Made by a program: the position numbers and the translations under genes. Shown in pieces: positions 60,096 to 64,000 of a DNA stretch of 64,000 bases (its first letter is position 1; the number at the start of each line of letters is the position of its first letter). A model generated the notes under the pieces. That model was not told the DNA's origin. It did not search any database and saw only the letters and a list, made by a program, of their open reading frames with translations. This DNA is from the human T2T-CHM13v2.0 reference genome, Homo sapiens: the NCBI RefSeq assembly GCF_009914755.1, contig NC_060937.1. One strand, given 5' to 3'.

Positions 60096-60712
60096 TCTTT
60101 AATTCACCTTTGTCAGCTTTTCTCGGTTATTTCATCCTGATTTCTTGCTGCAGACTAGTTTTGTCATTCTCCATTTCATGTGGTGGGAGTTATCCATTTC
60201 CATAGTTGAAGACAGCAGCCAGACCAAGCTGGATAGCATAGTCCCACCTCCAAATTCTTAGGGAAGGACCCTGGCCCAGTTTCAGCCATGTCTGGGATCT
60301 AGTTCACAGTTAGGTGAACCAGGTTTTATCTCTCTAAACTGAGACATTTCCCAGAAAAGCTGGACAAACTACAGACCTAACACTAATACTTTATATAACC
60401 TCTAATAGTCCTAAACATTTTATTAGCAATCATTGTTTTATTCTTCACAGACAGACTGACTTTGAAGAATGATTTGGATGGGTCATAGTTCTTCCAATAA
60501 AGGAATCAAGAGGCGTACTTAAGTATTCTGTTGGTGACTAACTGGATCAGTTCATTAAATGTTTGTTTTTGTAATTGCAAAGTATTTTCAAGGGTAATCA
60601 CTGACCCAGCATTTTTTCCTTTGACTCTTCCTCGCTCTTCAATTTATTCAAAACTGAGTTAGTGTTAGAGACGATAAAAGCTGTCTGGGAGAAGAATACA
60701 TTTGTTAGAGTA

Positions 60713-61098
60713 CGCTATGGTTTGGATGCAGTTTGTCTCCATCAAAACTGATACTGAAATTTGATCCCCCAGATGTTGGGAGGTATGGCCTAGTGGGATC
60801 TCTTATGAATAGATTAGTGCTTTCCCTATGTGGTAAGTTCTCACTCTTGTGGGAATGGATTACTTCCTGTGAGGGTGGGTGGTTAAAAAGAGTCTGGCTT
60901 CCTTGGTTTCTGTTGTTTCTTCTCTCACCATGTGATCTCTTTGCATACACCCACTGTCCTCCTATTTTCCACCATGAGTGGAAGCAGCCTGAGGCCCTTA
61001 CCAGGTGCAGGTGCCCAGAATCATAAGCCAAATAAACCTCTTCTCTTTATAAACTACCCAGTCTCAGGTACTCTGTATAGCACCACTAAACTAAGACA
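60713..61098 (+). mobile_element. MSTB-like MaLR solo LTR
   Basis: gctatggtttggatg..aaatttgatcccc..ccaccatgagtggaagcagcctgaggccct..aataaacctc..actacccagtctcaggta..ctaagaca. Confidence 0.88.
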
Positions 61099-61661
61099 AG
61101 TAATTGACACTGAATTTGAAAACCATAAAAATCATTACTACATTATTAGAACTTTAAAGAAGAGCTGCAAAGCCGTCTTTTCTGAAGTTGTAGACAGGTA
61201 GCATGGCCTCTCTCTCTTGTCTTTTGTATTTATACAGGCATAGGAGTTCCAAATAGAGGTTTAATGAACATGAGAAATGAAGGCTGGGGATTAATTAGTC
61301 AAAGCTGAAATACTGCAACAACAATATATGAACTACCCCAAGGGAAGGCCAAAGAGAAATATATATGTAAATGTCTATGGCTGTACAATCAGCAAACATT
61401 TTTTGAATAATCAGGTTGTGTCGAGGGCTGTTCAGGGCATTGTGGGGAACACAGAATTCATGGACTCAGTCCCAAATTCAGGCAGCTCATAGTTCATCTG
61501 GGAAGAAGACAACTGTGAGTCCTGCCTCTGCCAGGCACAGAGACCCCTACAGTTTGCTTGGGATGGTTAATGGGGAAATGAATGAAGTGCCGACATGTTT
61601 TCCCTTCCAAATCCCTCTCAGAGCTCCCTGTTGCTCTAAAATAGAGTGTATTTATAGAAAA

Positions 61662-62104
61662 TGTGAGGTATAGTGAGGTCAACAGATTAGGAGACAATTG
61701 CCATAGAAAAGATAGCTTGTTACAGTTCCCAAGAGGAGGGGGTCACAGCACACCACGCAGGGCCACATAGGAAGCACAGGGTCCTTGAGGAGGCAGAGCG
61801 GGACGGGGAGCTGTGGGCCGGAGTCTTTTTTGTGGTTTCTGTGGGAAGGAGTGGACAAAGGGGAAGCAGAGTCAGGATTGGCGGGTTTGAATAATTTCAG
61901 TGGGCTCTCAGCTTGGGGGCTGTTTCTACTTGTCTAGTAGTTTGGCCATGGGGTGATGTGCAGGTGGGTAGTGGCTAGGAGTGTGAGAGCCACATCGAGG
62001 AGGTGATAGGTGTGATAGGTGTGTGGGCTCTGGATTGGTTGGTTTGCATTTTGAAGAGGGCCCTCTTGGGTGAGCTGTTTTCCATCTATTGGAATTAGTA
62101 ACCT
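61662..62104 (-). mobile_element. ERVL-class LTR (MER54/MER73-like, tentative)
   Basis: tgtgaggtatagtgaggtcaacagat..acagttcccaagaggaggg..gattggcgggtttgaataatttcag. Confidence 0.6.
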
Positions 62105-62228
62105 TGGGAGGATGGCACCAAGCTGTCCACCCCCATGATCCAAAAGTTTCCCACTGGGCCCCACTTTCAATACCTGAGATCACATTTCAACATGAGATTT
62201 GGAGAGAACAAACATCCAAACTATATCC
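62105..62228 (-). mobile_element. MST MaLR LTR 5' fragment
   Basis: cccccatgatccaa..cacatttcaacatgagatttggag..aacatccaaactatatc. Confidence 0.8.
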
Positions 62229-62349
62229 CTAATCTTGTCAAAATGAAAATATATTCCAGTCATTGGATTTTCTAGTATTGTATGAAGATGAGGCTGGTTG
62301 TATGATTAGGAGGTTTGAAACTCTATAAACTCCTTAAGTAGGAAGTTAA

Positions 62350-62675
<326 letters not shown>

Positions 62676-63366
62676 TATCATCTCCTTTTTGAGGAGAGGG
62701 GTGAAAGGGATGCCTAGGATGTTGGAGAAGGCTTTTCTGAAGTGTCTGGTGATCCTTGACTCTTATTTAAGTCTGAGGCACTAAAAGCTGGTGCACTCTG
62801 GGTGCTTGGGGAGATTTTGACAGGTGTTACTGCCTGGGTGGCAGTTTCAGCAGGGGAAAGCCTCCCTCCCCAGTGTTCATATTTGTAGATCTTTTCTCTT
62901 CAAACATTCCCCAGGAAGGAATGCTCCAGTGTTTTTGGATGGGAGTAAAAGCCAGGCTGCCTGTGTTCTAGGAGCCAAGTGGAACAAGAGGTTGGGGAGC
63001 TGTCTCACCAGTCATTGTAGACTTTGATTTAGTATTCCTGTTTCCAGTACATTTCCTCCCCTACCTTTAGCTATGCCTAGAGTCCCAAGTTCAAATTCTT
63101 TAATTTACCTTTCTTTTCCAGAGAGTAAAACATCCTGGGTTGGGTGGAGGAAGACAGCCCAGGAAGGGAGAAGGCATTCTTAAAAGGAGTTTTAAAAGCC
63201 ACCCCACCTGTTTTATCTCCCCTCAATTCCCGTTTCGCACTTACCTGGTGCCTCCTACTCCTGAGCCTTTTGTAGGGAGGGAGAAGGTTCTGTGGCTCAG
63301 GTGGGCTTACTTGCTTGGGTTGGTAAATGGGGACATTCACCTGCTGCCCCCAGTTAGCAGCCTAGG

Positions 63367-63857
63367 TGTACCAAAATGCCAGAGGTTTGTCTAGGTCCAG
63401 TTGCGTGCCACACAGAAAGCCAATCACTGAGACAATGAGTGTTGCTAGGGAAGAAAGCTTTGATTGGGTGCTATAGCTCAGGAGATGGAGATAAGCCTCA
63501 AATCCATCCTCCTGACCTACTAAAATTAGGGGTTTATGTAGCAGGAAGAAAGGTAACTATATGTGAGAAAACAGGAATTAGGGAGAGATAAGGAAGAGGA
63601 GTTGGTCAACAGGGAACAGGTGGTCTTAAGCAGTCATGATGGGTGAGGAGTCTGACTTCTCATGGTCCAGATGAGATGATCTAGTAAGTTTTAGTTTTTT
63701 AATACTACCTGGAAGGCCGGATGGATGGTTGCCTGAGAAAGCAATTCAGATAAGACAAATGTAACTTGCTCAGGCTTCAAGACTCGGAGGGTCAGTTTCT
63801 ACGTTTATTCAAAGAAACCATAAACACCAGTTCTGTGGGACAACTGGGGTGATGTCA
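63367..63857 (-). mobile_element. MER66-like ERV1 solo LTR
   Basis: TG...CA ends; reverse strand begins tgacatcaccccagttgtcccacagaactggtgtttatggtttctttgaataaac. Confidence 0.8.
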
Positions 63858-64000
63858 TAATGGTGGCCTTTCCTGTCTCTTAATCTGGTTAAGTGGTCTT
63901 CAGGTTTGTGGCTTGTGTCTCCTCTCTTGCTCTTGATACATGTGGACTTTTTGCCTTTCCTCTCTCTCCTCATTTCAGTGAAGAGAGAAGTCAGAAATAT

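Overview
This is primate (human-like) genomic DNA, not prokaryotic. About half or more of the window is interspersed repeats: 18 Alu/FLAM copies, old L1M and young L1PA LINEs, L2, MIR, hAT/Tigger MER DNA transposons, MaLR/ERV1/ERVL LTRs and a decayed ERVL pol. I found no host protein-coding exon, RNA gene, CRISPR array or CpG island; nearly all ORFs in the track are repeat-derived or spurious. The window reads as the interior of long introns of a + strand gene, with one convincing non-coding (5'UTR-like) exon at 34927-35024. I cannot name that gene. The notable structure is at 48.9-58.7 kb. A full-length antisense L1PA (about L1PA5-7) sits inside an ERVL pol and appears to carry a ~140 bp 3' transduction with its own AATAAA and second poly(A). 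Its ORF2 is broken by a 26-nt segment identical to sequence 3.9 kb away and by a nested AluSp, and it keeps an open ORF0-like frame pointing along the host strand. I see no evidence for a new biological system; the findings are retrotransposition, repair and regulatory curiosities. Repeat subfamily names come from recalled consensus sequences, and boundaries of old repeats are approximate.
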